In this document: positions 46,182 through 55,753 of the stretch, piece after piece
Layout of the letters: each line of letters begins with the position of its first letter
Numbering within the stretch: the first letter of the stretch is position 1
Assembly: GCA_965205975.1 (NCBI GenBank)
Contig: OZ242195.1
Location: forward strand, 4,000,001-4,064,000
DNA from: Candidatus Latescibacterota bacterium
Lineage (GTDB): Bacteria; Latescibacterota; UBA2968
DNA length: 64,000 nucleotides
Direction: 5' to 3'
The notes under the pieces: model-generated
Database searches by the model: none
What the model was told of the DNA's origin: nothing
The model's input: the letters and a program-made list of their open reading frames with translations, nothing else
Position numbers and translations under genes: made by a program

Positions 46182-47426
46182 ATGTCCATTCAAGAACGCG
46201 CAAAATACGGCGCCGAAGCATTTGATGGAATCACAGGCAGCTTGCCCCAACCCTTTCCGCGCACCATGGGTCCAAACTGCCAGACATACCTCCAGGAAGT
46301 CGTCACATCGGGCCTGCAATGCGACATGGTTCGGCGATTTGAAGCCGCTTTCGAAAGCGAAATGGGCATCAAACACTGCATCGGCACACCTGGATGCACC
46401 GCAGCCCTCAACATACTTGCAGCCGCGCTTAGTCTCGAACCCGGCGATGAAATCATCGTATCGCCCATCACCGACTACGGCACGGTCATGGGACTGCTAA
46501 AAGAAAACTACATCCCGGTCTTCCCCGACACCGAACCCGGCACACCGCTCATCAGTGCCCGTACCATAGCACCCTGTATCACCAATCGCACGCGGGCCAT
46601 TCTCGCCGTCCACATAACTGGCCTCATATGCGACATGGACCCCATCCGCGCCCTGGCAAAAAAACACGGCCTGACCCTCATTGAAGACGTATGCCAGGCC
46701 GTATTTGGCACGTACAAAGGCCGCCTTGCAGGCACCCTGGGCGACGTCGCCGCCTTCTCATTCGACTCCGAAAAAACACTCGGCTCCGACGTCGGCGGCT
46801 GTGTCATTACAGACGACGATGAACTCGCCGAACAAATTCGATTCATCGGTCAAAGCAGAGGCGGGCAAATGGTCGAAGGACTGGGGCGCGTCCACGCCGT
46901 AAATGGATACGCTCTGCGCATGACGCAATCAACCGCCGCCATCACCCTCGCACAACTCGAGATCATCCGACCAGCCGTTGCACATATCGACCGCATGATT
47001 CGTCTCATCACCGACAAACTCGCCGAAATTCCCGGCATCATCCCGCTATCCATACCAGATTACATGGAAACCTATTCCTGCTGGATGGCCGGATTTAGCA
47101 TCGATCCCAATGCCTTCAGATGCAACGCTGAATCCTTTGCCCAGCAAGTCGCCGAAGCAGGACTCACCGGAGCGGGACTCGGCAAATACTATCTCATGCC
47201 CGCTGCCCTGCCCTTTTTAACGGACAAAGCCGAAAAACACCTCTATCCCTTCTCTAAACCCCCGGCATCCCCTACCTATACATACAACGCAAACACCTGT
47301 CCCAATGCCCGGGACTTTCTCGATAATTTCATCCGCTGGACGACTTTCTGCGAAAAATATCAACCCGAACACTGCGACCTCGTCGTCCAAATTGTCGCCA
47401 CCGTCGCCGACCAGAACCGAGTCTAA
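46182..47426 (+). CDS. DegT/DnrJ/EryC1/StrS PLP-dependent aminotransferase
   Basis: PGDEIIV, LIEDVCQA, FSFDSEKTLGS. Confidence 0.9.
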   Translation: MSIQERAKYGAEAFDGITGSLPQPFPRTMGPNCQTYLQEVVTSGLQCDMVRRFEAAFESEMGIKHCIGTPGCTAALNILAAALSLEPGDEIIVSPITDYGTVMGLLKENYIPVFPDTEPGTPLISARTIAPCITNRTRAILAVHITGLICDMDPIRALAKKHGLTLIEDVCQAVFGTYKGRLAGTLGDVAAFSFDSEKTLGSDVGGCVITDDDELAEQIRFIGQSRGGQMVEGLGRVHAVNGYALRMTQSTAAITLAQLEIIRPAVAHIDRMIRLITDKLAEIPGIIPLSIPDYMETYSCWMAGFSIDPNAFRCNAESFAQQVAEAGLTGAGLGKYYLMPAALPFLTDKAEKHLYPFSKPPASPTYTYNANTCPNARDFLDNFIRWTTFCEKYQPEHCDLVVQIVATVADQNRV

Positions 47427-47432
47427 CACCCC

Positions 47433-48191
47433 ATGCCACACACATGTTCCCTGAACGCCCGGTATTATCGCGCCCTGCCCATCGACACCCCTGGTTACGA
47501 GTCTATCAGCCTCGAATTACCCGTTGCAAAAACCGCCCTCATAGGCCTGCACTGCTGGAACACCGGCTGTCCCGATGGTCCCTCAATTGACCCCAACTAC
47601 TGCGTGGGCATGGGCTGGCCGCAAGCAACTGCCGAAGCCGCGCGCATCATGGCCGAAGTCATACGCCCTGCCATGGACCTCGCCCGCAAAATCGGAATGC
47701 CCGTCTGCCATGTCGAAACCGATTGGATGGCGGATCAATATCCCCACATCCCATCCCGACGCAAAGAAACATCACAGCCAGAACCAGAAAACCGCGCCCA
47801 AACCATGCGAAACCGCGCGCACGGCCCGAACTACCTCACAAAATCGCCGCTTGCAAACATGAAACGGGCCGCCATCGTCTCTCCGATACAAGACGAACCC
47901 CTCGTCTTTTACACCGATGCACTCGACACCTACCTCAAAACGCGCGGCATCACAACCCTCATCTACACGGGATTTGCAACCGACATGTGCATCCTCGGCG
48001 CCGAAGGCGGAGCCAGAGACATGCTCGCCCGCGGATATCAATGCATCCTCATACGCGACGGAACCGTCGGCGTGGAAACCCCCAGCACCTATCCCGAAAA
48101 ATTGGCTACCCGTTACGGCACGCACATCTTCGAGTGGCAACTCGGATACAGCACCACATTTCGAGATTTCTCTCAGGCGTTTTCAGTCTGA
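47433..48191 (+). CDS. Isochorismatase-like cysteine hydrolase
   Basis: KTALI, ARKIGMPVCH, LIYTGFATDMCI, IRDGT. Confidence 0.8.
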   Translation: MPHTCSLNARYYRALPIDTPGYESISLELPVAKTALIGLHCWNTGCPDGPSIDPNYCVGMGWPQATAEAARIMAEVIRPAMDLARKIGMPVCHVETDWMADQYPHIPSRRKETSQPEPENRAQTMRNRAHGPNYLTKSPLANMKRAAIVSPIQDEPLVFYTDALDTYLKTRGITTLIYTGFATDMCILGAEGGARDMLARGYQCILIRDGTVGVETPSTYPEKLATRYGTHIFEWQLGYSTTFRDFSQAFSV

Positions 48192-48205
48192 TACTGGAGA
48201 AAAAC

Positions 48206-49207
48206 ATGGCCCTCACAATATGCCCCTGGAAATACAACAAAACCTGGGTCTATTCCATCACCTATGACGAAGCCCTGATTGACCTGCACCAATTCGCAAT
48301 CCCCATCCACGAAGAATACGGCATCCCGGGACATGTAGAAGTCGTCGTCGGACAACTGGGCGAAATCCGCAACATAGGCAACTCCAGTTACAACGGCTAT
48401 CGCCACATGAACGCCGACGAACTCAAAGACCTCCTCGCCCGGGGCTGGGGAATTGGCAATCACTCCTATAGCCATGAACTCATACAACCCGACATGGTTG
48501 ACCTGGAAATTGGCCGCGCCAAAGACGTACTCGAAGCCGCCATTGACGCACCCGTCGATCTCTACTGCGCGCCCGGCAACAATTCCAACATGTCGGACCA
48601 CGTCCTCAAAGCCTGTCGCAAATACGGCTACCTCGGCGCAATGAGCCTGACCGATGCCCTCAACCGTCCGAACACCCCGCTCTTCTGGATCAACCGCACG
48701 GCATTGCACGAACAGTATTACGCCCCATTCTTCAGCGAATACGACCCCTTCCGCAACATCCGCCACGCACAAGCGCAAAACGGCTGGGTCATCGACTACT
48801 GCCATTGCCCATTGGAAAAACCCATCCACCCCAACAAAGACTGCTCGCATCCACAACTCAGAAAAAGATTTGAAACCATCCTCACAGAAGGCGGAGACAA
48901 CGTCTGGTGCGCCGTACCCGAAGAAGCGCTCTTCTACCACCAGACCAGACGCCACACACAAATCGAAACTATCTCCGACACAAAAATCCAAAAGCGCTAC
49001 CGCCTCCACCTCAACAACCTGAGCGACCGCGTCACCTGCCGCACGCTCACCCTCCACGCCGATGTCCCCGCCCCCTGGTGTCGCTATCCCAACGTATGGA
49101 TCGACGGACAACCCCACCTCGCACACCTGATAGAACCGAAAAAATTGCAAATCACAGTCACTGTCACAGACGGCCTGGAACTCGTCTTTCAAGACCCGGG
49201 CACCTGA
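48206..49207 (+). CDS. Polysaccharide deacetylase-like protein
   Basis: SITYDE, IGNHSYSH, APG; start moved to the ATG after GGAG. Confidence 0.82.
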   Translation: MALTICPWKYNKTWVYSITYDEALIDLHQFAIPIHEEYGIPGHVEVVVGQLGEIRNIGNSSYNGYRHMNADELKDLLARGWGIGNHSYSHELIQPDMVDLEIGRAKDVLEAAIDAPVDLYCAPGNNSNMSDHVLKACRKYGYLGAMSLTDALNRPNTPLFWINRTALHEQYYAPFFSEYDPFRNIRHAQAQNGWVIDYCHCPLEKPIHPNKDCSHPQLRKRFETILTEGGDNVWCAVPEEALFYHQTRRHTQIETISDTKIQKRYRLHLNNLSDRVTCRTLTLHADVPAPWCRYPNVWIDGQPHLAHLIEPKKLQITVTVTDGLELVFQDPGT

Positions 49208-49213
49208 GCGACC

Positions 49214-50074
49214 TCAGTTACTGAGTCTCACCCTCACCCCTCTCTCCCGAAGCACCGGAATATGCGTATTAATCGAAACATCGCTCAGAGGATTATCCCT
49301 GAAATCGATCAGACTGTTTTCGCCACGCAATCCCGCAATCTCCACCAGAGGCGATAAATCCGAAACATCGCAATCCCAACTATGCACCCTATTCAGATTG
49401 GTCATACCCGACAGCGGAGAAAGATCCGAGACCGCATTGTTATTCAGAGCCAATCCCCTCAACTCGGTCAAAGTCGATAGCGGGGAAATATCCCAGATCA
49501 GATTATTACTCACATCCAGCCACCTCAACTCGGTCATACCCGACAGCGGAGAAAGATCCGAAATATTGTTGGTATAGAGATGCAGCGTTCTCATCCCGGT
49601 CAAACCCGACAGCGGAGAAAGATCCAAAATAAAGGAATTCCCACTAAGATCCAGTACTCTCAGCTCTGTCAAATTCGACAGCGGCGATATATCAGCTATT
49701 GTATTGCGAAAAAGATTCAACTCTGTCAGCTTGATCAAACCCGACAACGGCGAGAGATCCGAAATACTATTGCTATTGACGCGACCGCCATTCGTCAATA
49801 CATAGCCGAGATTCAGCACCGTCAGTTCGGTAGCATACTCAATCCCCGTCAAATCGCGAATTCTTGAATTCGGTGCTTCAAGACGCGTCAACGTCGCCAT
49901 CTCAGCCGCAGTAATCGCTTCCCCTCTCGCCTTATTCAGAGAATCCTCAATCACCGCACGCAGGTGAATATCCGGAATATTTACACCCTCGCCCTTCTTA
50001 TGAGCGTCTGCGTCACACTCGCCATAAATGGCGAAGCAGACACCGAGAACGGTCGTGAAATACCGATAGATCAT
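49214..50074 (-). CDS. Internalin-like leucine-rich-repeat protein
   Basis: IPDIHLRAVI cap, 22-aa ISDLSPLSGLTxLxxLxLxxN repeats, N-terminal signal-like segment. Confidence 0.92.
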   Translation of the reverse strand: MIYRYFTTVLGVCFAIYGECDADAHKKGEGVNIPDIHLRAVIEDSLNKARGEAITAAEMATLTRLEAPNSRIRDLTGIEYATELTVLNLGYVLTNGGRVNSNSISDLSPLSGLIKLTELNLFRNTIADISPLSNLTELRVLDLSGNSFILDLSPLSGLTGMRTLHLYTNNISDLSPLSGMTELRWLDVSNNLIWDISPLSTLTELRGLALNNNAVSDLSPLSGMTNLNRVHSWDCDVSDLSPLVEIAGLRGENSLIDFRDNPLSDVSINTHIPVLRERGVRVRLSN

Positions 50075-50088
50075 GGAAACTATCCTCC

Positions 50089-51918
50089 TTAAATAACCCC
50101 GTACAACGGCCCGCCCGACGCCCCGAGAGCCTCTACCTTTTTTGTAATATTGGGATCTTCAACAAGCGGGGGTGCGTGGTGGGGCTTGTGGCGTGCATCA
50201 ATAATCAGCGACCCGTTGCAACCCCAGTGTTTGTATTCAATAAAACTATCAACACCGTAAACATCATGCGAAGGATTGGAACGGGTAAACGCAACCCAGA
50301 GAAAATTGTTGAGCGTGCGCGAACAAAACGCGCTGTCATCGACAATGAGGATAAGCGGTAAACCATCGAGAGATTGAGACACAAGCGTCGCTGCAAGACG
50401 GACTGCATCCTTACCCCCCTGATCGGCATCTTTGAAATCAGGACCCTCAATAGCTGCGATACCGGGTAGCGCAATCGCGGGATTCTTAAATCCTTCAGGC
50501 AAAGCCAGATCACCCGGAATATCGCGCCATAAATCGCGTCTCTTCGCACCGGCTGCGGCGATCACAACCTTGGAACCCTCATTAAATCCCGTACCGGAAT
50601 AATCCAGCGTATCAATCGTCGTACGGGTTTGAAAGTGGAGATCGCGCCGCCAATCCACCCGCTCGAGAACGTGGATAAAATAAGAGCTGATATCGTGCGT
50701 ATTCAGATGGGGATTATCTTCACCCGCACAAATAAAAAGATACTTTGCCAAAGAGCACGCACCAAAACCGAGCAGTGCATTGGCAAGCGTGAGAATCTCC
50801 TGCGGTTGTCGCTCGCGGTAGGGCACATAGCGTTCCGAACCAATGGCAATAAGCAAAGGATGAACACCCGCCGCATCCACAGCATTAATAGACTTGAGAC
50901 CGGGAATCTCAACGGGAACCATCGGACCGGTAATCTCGTGGATAAGCAAACCAAACGCAGTATCTTCCTGCGGGGGGCGCCCCACAACAGTAAAGGGATA
51001 AATAGCGTCTCTCCGGTGCCAAACATCTTCGACACGGAGAACGGGAAAATCATGCGCCAGGCTATAATAACCCAGATGATCGCCAAAAGGACCTTCGGGC
51101 TTAGTTTCGCCCGGATGCACGGTACCCGTAATAACAAAATCGGCCTCAGTAGAAATAACACAGCCATTCCTGCGCGCATAGCGAAACCGACGCCCGGCCA
51201 GCCCCCCGGCAAAAATAAGCTCAGACAAACCCTCGGGCAAAGGCATAACAGCAGAAAACGTATGCGCGGGTGGTCCCCCGATAAAAATACTCACGCGCAA
51301 AGGCTCTCCGCGCTTGAGCGCATTGGCATGGTGAATCCCAATATCGCGGCGGATCTGGTAGTGCAGACCAACTTCTTCGTTCTGCATATACTCATTGCCA
51401 GAGAGCTGGATGCGATACATACCCAAATTGGCATTCATAACACCCGGCTGGTCGGGATCCTCAGTATAAACCTGAGGCAAGAGAACAAATGGACCGCCAT
51501 CGTCGGGCCAGCACTGAATCTGAGGAAGCTGATCAATACTCGTACTCTGTTTGAGCACCGCGCCAGAGCGCACCTTTTTCGGCAACGTATTAAATGCAAT
51601 CCTCGCAATCCCCATTGCGCGCCAGGGCACGCGAAGAAACGCAACCGGATCTGCTTTGGCTTCGACAAGGCGTTGTACCCATCTCAGAGTTGACCGAAAG
51701 AGAAAACGCGACCGATCCAGCGTACCAAACAGATTGGAAACCGCCGGAAATGGACTATCTTTCACATTCGCATAATAAATAGCCGGACCATTTGCCTGAA
51801 AAACGCGGCGATGGATCTCCGCCATCTCCAGATAGGGATCTACCTCCTGTTCAATGCGGATGAGATGACCGTTGCGATCGAGATCGTCAACGCACTGTTT
51901 GAGGGACTTGTATCGCAT
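50089..51918 (-). CDS. UbiD-family (de)carboxylase
   Basis: NLFGT, WPDDGG, NLGMYR, EGPFGDHLGYY, VGRPPQED. Confidence 0.93.
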   Translation of the reverse strand: MRYKSLKQCVDDLDRNGHLIRIEQEVDPYLEMAEIHRRVFQANGPAIYYANVKDSPFPAVSNLFGTLDRSRFLFRSTLRWVQRLVEAKADPVAFLRVPWRAMGIARIAFNTLPKKVRSGAVLKQSTSIDQLPQIQCWPDDGGPFVLLPQVYTEDPDQPGVMNANLGMYRIQLSGNEYMQNEEVGLHYQIRRDIGIHHANALKRGEPLRVSIFIGGPPAHTFSAVMPLPEGLSELIFAGGLAGRRFRYARRNGCVISTEADFVITGTVHPGETKPEGPFGDHLGYYSLAHDFPVLRVEDVWHRRDAIYPFTVVGRPPQEDTAFGLLIHEITGPMVPVEIPGLKSINAVDAAGVHPLLIAIGSERYVPYRERQPQEILTLANALLGFGACSLAKYLFICAGEDNPHLNTHDISSYFIHVLERVDWRRDLHFQTRTTIDTLDYSGTGFNEGSKVVIAAAGAKRRDLWRDIPGDLALPEGFKNPAIALPGIAAIEGPDFKDADQGGKDAVRLAATLVSQSLDGLPLILIVDDSAFCSRTLNNFLWVAFTRSNPSHDVYGVDSFIEYKHWGCNGSLIIDARHKPHHAPPLVEDPNITKKVEALGASGGPLYGVI

Positions 51919-52021
51919 TGTGTTATACTATTGTTTGAGATTGGAGTTGTAACGTGTAATATAGTGTACTGAATACCTCATTGAGAGACAATTTTTAAGT
52001 TATAATAAGGAGAAAAGCACA

Positions 52022-53008
52022 ATGACATCATTTCGAGCACTCGTCGTACGCGAAGCAGAGGATCGTTTTTCGAGATCAGTAGAAAAACGACAGATAGATG
52101 AACTACCCGAAGGCGAAGTGTTGATACGGGTGCGCTATTCCTCGCTAAATTACAAAGACGCCCTATCCGCAACCGGGCACCGCGGCGTAACGCAGGCATA
52201 TCCGCACACACCGGGCATAGATGCAGCAGGAGAAATCGTCGAAAGCGCCATTGCCGACTATAAACCCGACGACAGCGTATTGGTCACGGGTTACGACTTA
52301 GGAATGAATACCGCGGGCGGATTCGGACAATACATCAGAGTACCCGCGCATTGGCTGGTCAGACTCCCCGAAGAATTGACCACAAAAGAAAGCATGGGAT
52401 ATGGAACAGCGGGATTTACAGCAGCACTATCAGTCCATCACATCATCGAAACAGGCGTGACGCCCGACCAGGGCGACATCGTAGTAACTGGCGCAACCGG
52501 CGGCGTAGGCAGTCTCGCAGTAGCGATATTAGCAAAAAACGGCTTTCGAGTAGTAGCAGCCACGGGAAAAGCGTCAGAAACGGACTTCCTGAAAGAACTC
52601 GGCGCCTCTGAAGTCATAGACCGGCGAACATTGGACGATGACTCCGGCCGGCCCATCCTATCGGGCCGCTGGGCAGCGGCAATAGATACCGTTGGCGGAA
52701 ATATTTTGTCAACACTCATCAAAACAACGCAATATCACGGCGTAATAACCTGTTGTGGATTGGTCGCATCCCCCGAACTACACACCACAGTATATCCATT
52801 TATCCTCCGCGGCGTCAAACTAATCGGCATCGACTCTGTCTTATGCCCCATGGACCTCAGACTAAAAATCTGGAAGAAAATCGCTACAGATTGGAAAATC
52901 AACACCCTGAACAACATAATCGCAGAATGCGACCTGGAAGACCTGAATGTCCAAATAGATCGCATCCTCTCCGGACAAATGTGCGGACGGACTGTGGTCA
53001 AACTATAA
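52022..53008 (+). CDS. yhdH: YhdH/AcuI-family oxidoreductase (acryloyl-CoA reductase-like)
   Basis: YSSLNYKDALSATG, GTAGFTAA, VTGATGGVGS, PFILRGV.LIGIDS. Confidence 0.92.
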   Translation: MTSFRALVVREAEDRFSRSVEKRQIDELPEGEVLIRVRYSSLNYKDALSATGHRGVTQAYPHTPGIDAAGEIVESAIADYKPDDSVLVTGYDLGMNTAGGFGQYIRVPAHWLVRLPEELTTKESMGYGTAGFTAALSVHHIIETGVTPDQGDIVVTGATGGVGSLAVAILAKNGFRVVAATGKASETDFLKELGASEVIDRRTLDDDSGRPILSGRWAAAIDTVGGNILSTLIKTTQYHGVITCCGLVASPELHTTVYPFILRGVKLIGIDSVLCPMDLRLKIWKKIATDWKINTLNNIIAECDLEDLNVQIDRILSGQMCGRTVVKL

Positions 53009-53752
53009 ATTCTCAATCACAATCCCCCGACTCCTCTTCAGTGCGGCGAGAGGATCTGGAATATCCGACTTGAGTTCGAGACTCATATTCCCGGCATAAT
53101 TGACCGAAAGAAGCGCGGCGAATGTAGATTGCAGCACCTCTCGCGTCAGCACCCCATCGCACAGCCCCAGGTGCAGATCCTCCTCCCCATCATTATCATC
53201 GAGATGAACATAACCCAGACGGTCCCCTGCCAGCGCGATCATATCCGCGGGATCTTCATTCGCCATCTGTGCATGTCCAATATCAAAAAGCAGATACAGA
53301 TTGGGGTGACCGATCTTCTCGAGATAATCGAGCGTAAACGGCACCGTCGGCAAAAACGTACCTGGAAAATGTTCAACAGCGAGCTTGACACCTGCATCTT
53401 GCGCCTGATCAGCCAACACACTCAAAGACTCGGCAAACAGGTCGGCATCATCGCCCTGGGGCACCAGGTACGCAGTCGTTGCACCGAGCCGAGCGCCGTG
53501 TTCAAATGCCTGACTTATATGATCGCGTGCTGATTGTGGATCATCCCCTGCAAGGGACATTCCCTCGGGCATATCGGCAGAAGCGGCAATACACGAAACA
53601 GCGAGACCGAGGTCCTTCGCCCGTTGTTGAAGATCGGAGGTCCGAAGCCAACCCGGACGAATATCAATATGCGTAAACCCCGCATCGGCAACCTGCTCTA
53701 AAGCAAGTTCCTCGGCACAGGTCAGTGCCCATATACATGCAGCGAGAGACAT
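53003..53752 (-). CDS. Sugar phosphate isomerase/epimerase (TIM barrel)
   Basis: LAVEH, FDIGH, VHLDDNDG..DLH, SLE. Confidence 0.88.
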   Translation of the reverse strand: MSLAACIWALTCAEELALEQVADAGFTHIDIRPGWLRTSDLQQRAKDLGLAVSCIAASADMPEGMSLAGDDPQSARDHISQAFEHGARLGATTAYLVPQGDDADLFAESLSVLADQAQDAGVKLAVEHFPGTFLPTVPFTLDYLEKIGHPNLYLLFDIGHAQMANEDPADMIALAGDRLGYVHLDDNDGEEDLHLGLCDGVLTREVLQSTFAALLSVNYAGNMSLELKSDIPDPLAALKRSRGIVIENL

Positions 53753-53781
53753 AGTGGACTCCTTTTGAAAAAATAAATATC

Positions 53782-53812
53782 AAACCCCAGGCGAAAATCG
53801 TCTGGGGTTTTT
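53782..53812. terminator. Intrinsic terminator-like hairpin
   Basis: AAACCCCAGGCGA/TCGTCTGGGGTTT. Confidence 0.75.
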
Positions 53813-53849
53813 ATGTCACAAATGGAAGGAGGGATACAGCACCAATCGG

Positions 53850-54218
53850 TTAGCTATCAGCGGTCTCAGCCACAGAGGCACCCTTTGGTTTGCCGTGCAT
53901 TCGTGCGTAAGTTTCTGCCAGAAGGTCTCGCAATTCTTCAGCAATCTCTGGATGAGGATCGCCAGCGAGGGCTTTGCAGGCCAGTTGTTCGGCTAAACGT
54001 GGTCGATTGCAATCCAAAGCCAGCCACCCTGCACTGCGGTGCAGCACCGACCAAGTTAGACCGTCCTGATCATACAGTTCGGCGATTGCAGCCAGTTCAA
54101 ATTCCAACGCCTGCTCAAGAAACTCCGTTGCCCGTTCCTCGTTGCTTCGCCGCCGTTCCAGATCAGCAAGATCAGCGAATTCCATAGCCTTGTTGTGAAG
54201 ATCACTAACTTTGCTCAT
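53850..54218 (-). CDS. Hypothetical alpha-helical (TPR-like) protein
   Basis: MSKVSDLHNKAMEFA...SVLHRSAGWLALDC...PEIAEELRDLL; overlaps the upstream gene; RBS GGAG. Confidence 0.78.
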   Translation of the reverse strand: MSKVSDLHNKAMEFADLADLERRRSNEERATEFLEQALEFELAAIAELYDQDGLTWSVLHRSAGWLALDCNRPRLAEQLACKALAGDPHPEIAEELRDLLAETYARMHGKPKGASVAETADS

Positions 54219-54801
54219 TTCTCTTTTCTCCAACCTCGGCAAGTGGCCTGCTAAATTCAACTACGATTACGTAAGCTGGCAATCTCAAAGCATTAGACCG
54301 GTTCATCTGTTGTAACTTTTGCTGCATTCTTGCTCTGACTTGGCGGTCATTGCCCGCACGAATACCGGATACTTCCATCCTGCCTCGGACAACGAGGTTG
54401 TCATCTTGCAGAATGTGTCGCAAATCCGTCGTTACTTCGCGTTCAATAGCTGATATATTTAATATATCAGCATTACCCAGCCAGTAATCAAATCCCGTGC
54501 CTTTCCGTGAACGCGCAATAACGGTGTAACCAATTTCCTTGATTACCAATAGAATCGCTATGGCAGCAGCACCGGCCTCGGTAGCTTCATCGGGGTCATT
54601 CCAGGTCTGCAATGTCTGGTTATTTGCTGGCGTCCAAGCCATGGTATAGCTATTGTTAGCATATCCTTGAATTATAAGTTGGACACCCTGTTGGTGTCCT
54701 TGCAATTCCAAGCATACGGCCCCTGCCTGTGCCAGCTCATTGCCCTTTACTCGCGTGATACCAGGGATGTCATCAGTGTCCAGTTCATTCAAATTCAGCA
54801 T
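54205..54801 (-). CDS. Hypothetical protein, restriction-endonuclease-fold-like
   Basis: EATEAGA...RSRKGTGFDYWLG...RMEVSGIR...VVEFS; TTGCCT-16 bp-TATAAT promoter upstream. Confidence 0.75.
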   Translation of the reverse strand: MLNLNELDTDDIPGITRVKGNELAQAGAVCLELQGHQQGVQLIIQGYANNSYTMAWTPANNQTLQTWNDPDEATEAGAAAIAILLVIKEIGYTVIARSRKGTGFDYWLGNADILNISAIEREVTTDLRHILQDDNLVVRGRMEVSGIRAGNDRQVRARMQQKLQQMNRSNALRLPAYVIVVEFSRPLAEVGEKRNEQS

Positions 54802-54908
54802 GTATTACCAGCTTCCATTGCGGCTTTGTTATGCCAGTCCGTATCAAATGACCAGCACTACCTAATTATACGAGATAGAGGCGAAAAGGCAAACCACTTT
54901 TGCGGCAG

Positions 54909-55613
54909 TTATTTTTTTAGCGCACAATTCCTTTCCCTCAGCGACCAGGACTTATCCGGATTGTGATACAACCATTGCTCCACATTTCTTTTAATCCGGG
55001 ACCATTCGGTATCCAGCATAGCAAACCATGTCGTATCCCGGTTGCGGTCTTTAACAATCATATGCTGGCGAAAAAGCCCTTCATAAGTGAACCCCAGGCG
55101 GAGCGCGGCAGACCGCGAGCGTCTATTGAGCGCATCGCACTTCCACTCGACGCGGCGATAACCCATACAATCAAACGCCTCGCAAAGCATGAGATACGCC
55201 GCCTCGGTATTCACACACGTATTTTGTGCCTCCGGACCATACCAGATATTCCCAAGCTCCAACCGTCGCGCATCGGACGCAATATTCAAAAAACTCACCA
55301 TCCCAACAGGCCGATCAGATACTCTATCCCGAACACTAAAAAAGAGCGGATCCTCCGAATCTTCAATCCCCTCAAGCCACGCCTGCATATCCGACACATC
55401 TTCGAAAGGCCCATACGCCATATACGTCCACAACTGCTCCACAAATTCCGTCCCGTGCGAACATGCAAATAACCCGGACGCATCCCTTTCGGGATCGAGT
55501 GGCGACAGCGCAATATACTGCCCCTCATAATCCACTCGTCGAGGGGTATGCACTTCAGACACAGACGGCACAAAATCGCCAACGGGAAGAGATGACATCT
55601 GTTTTGCCTCCAT
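54909..55613 (-). CDS. GNAT N-acetyltransferase (RimJ/RimL type)
   Basis: GYRRVEWKCDALN..S..AALRLGFTYEGLFRQHMIVKDRNRDT. Confidence 0.92.
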   Translation of the reverse strand: MEAKQMSSLPVGDFVPSVSEVHTPRRVDYEGQYIALSPLDPERDASGLFACSHGTEFVEQLWTYMAYGPFEDVSDMQAWLEGIEDSEDPLFFSVRDRVSDRPVGMVSFLNIASDARRLELGNIWYGPEAQNTCVNTEAAYLMLCEAFDCMGYRRVEWKCDALNRRSRSAALRLGFTYEGLFRQHMIVKDRNRDTTWFAMLDTEWSRIKRNVEQWLYHNPDKSWSLRERNCALKK

Positions 55614-55705
55614 AAGCTATAGTTGATGTGATATTCTGACTTTTCTGCCTATTCTTTGACAAAATCGAAACATTCGAGGTTTCCCCAAAACATCGTCCCA
55701 GAGAC

Positions 55706-55734
55706 AAAAAAAGCCCGTCCAAAAGGACGGGCTT
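55706..55734 (-). terminator. Intrinsic terminator of purA
   Basis: A7-GCCCGTCC/GGACGGGC on +. Confidence 0.88.
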
Positions 55735-55753
55735 CTCAGATAAGGAATCACAC

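Noticed and set aside
47723..48205. N-terminal extension of the 494-aa ORF
   Set aside because: It overlaps the isochorismatase-like gene and is Arg/His-rich noise; the RBS supports a start at 48206.
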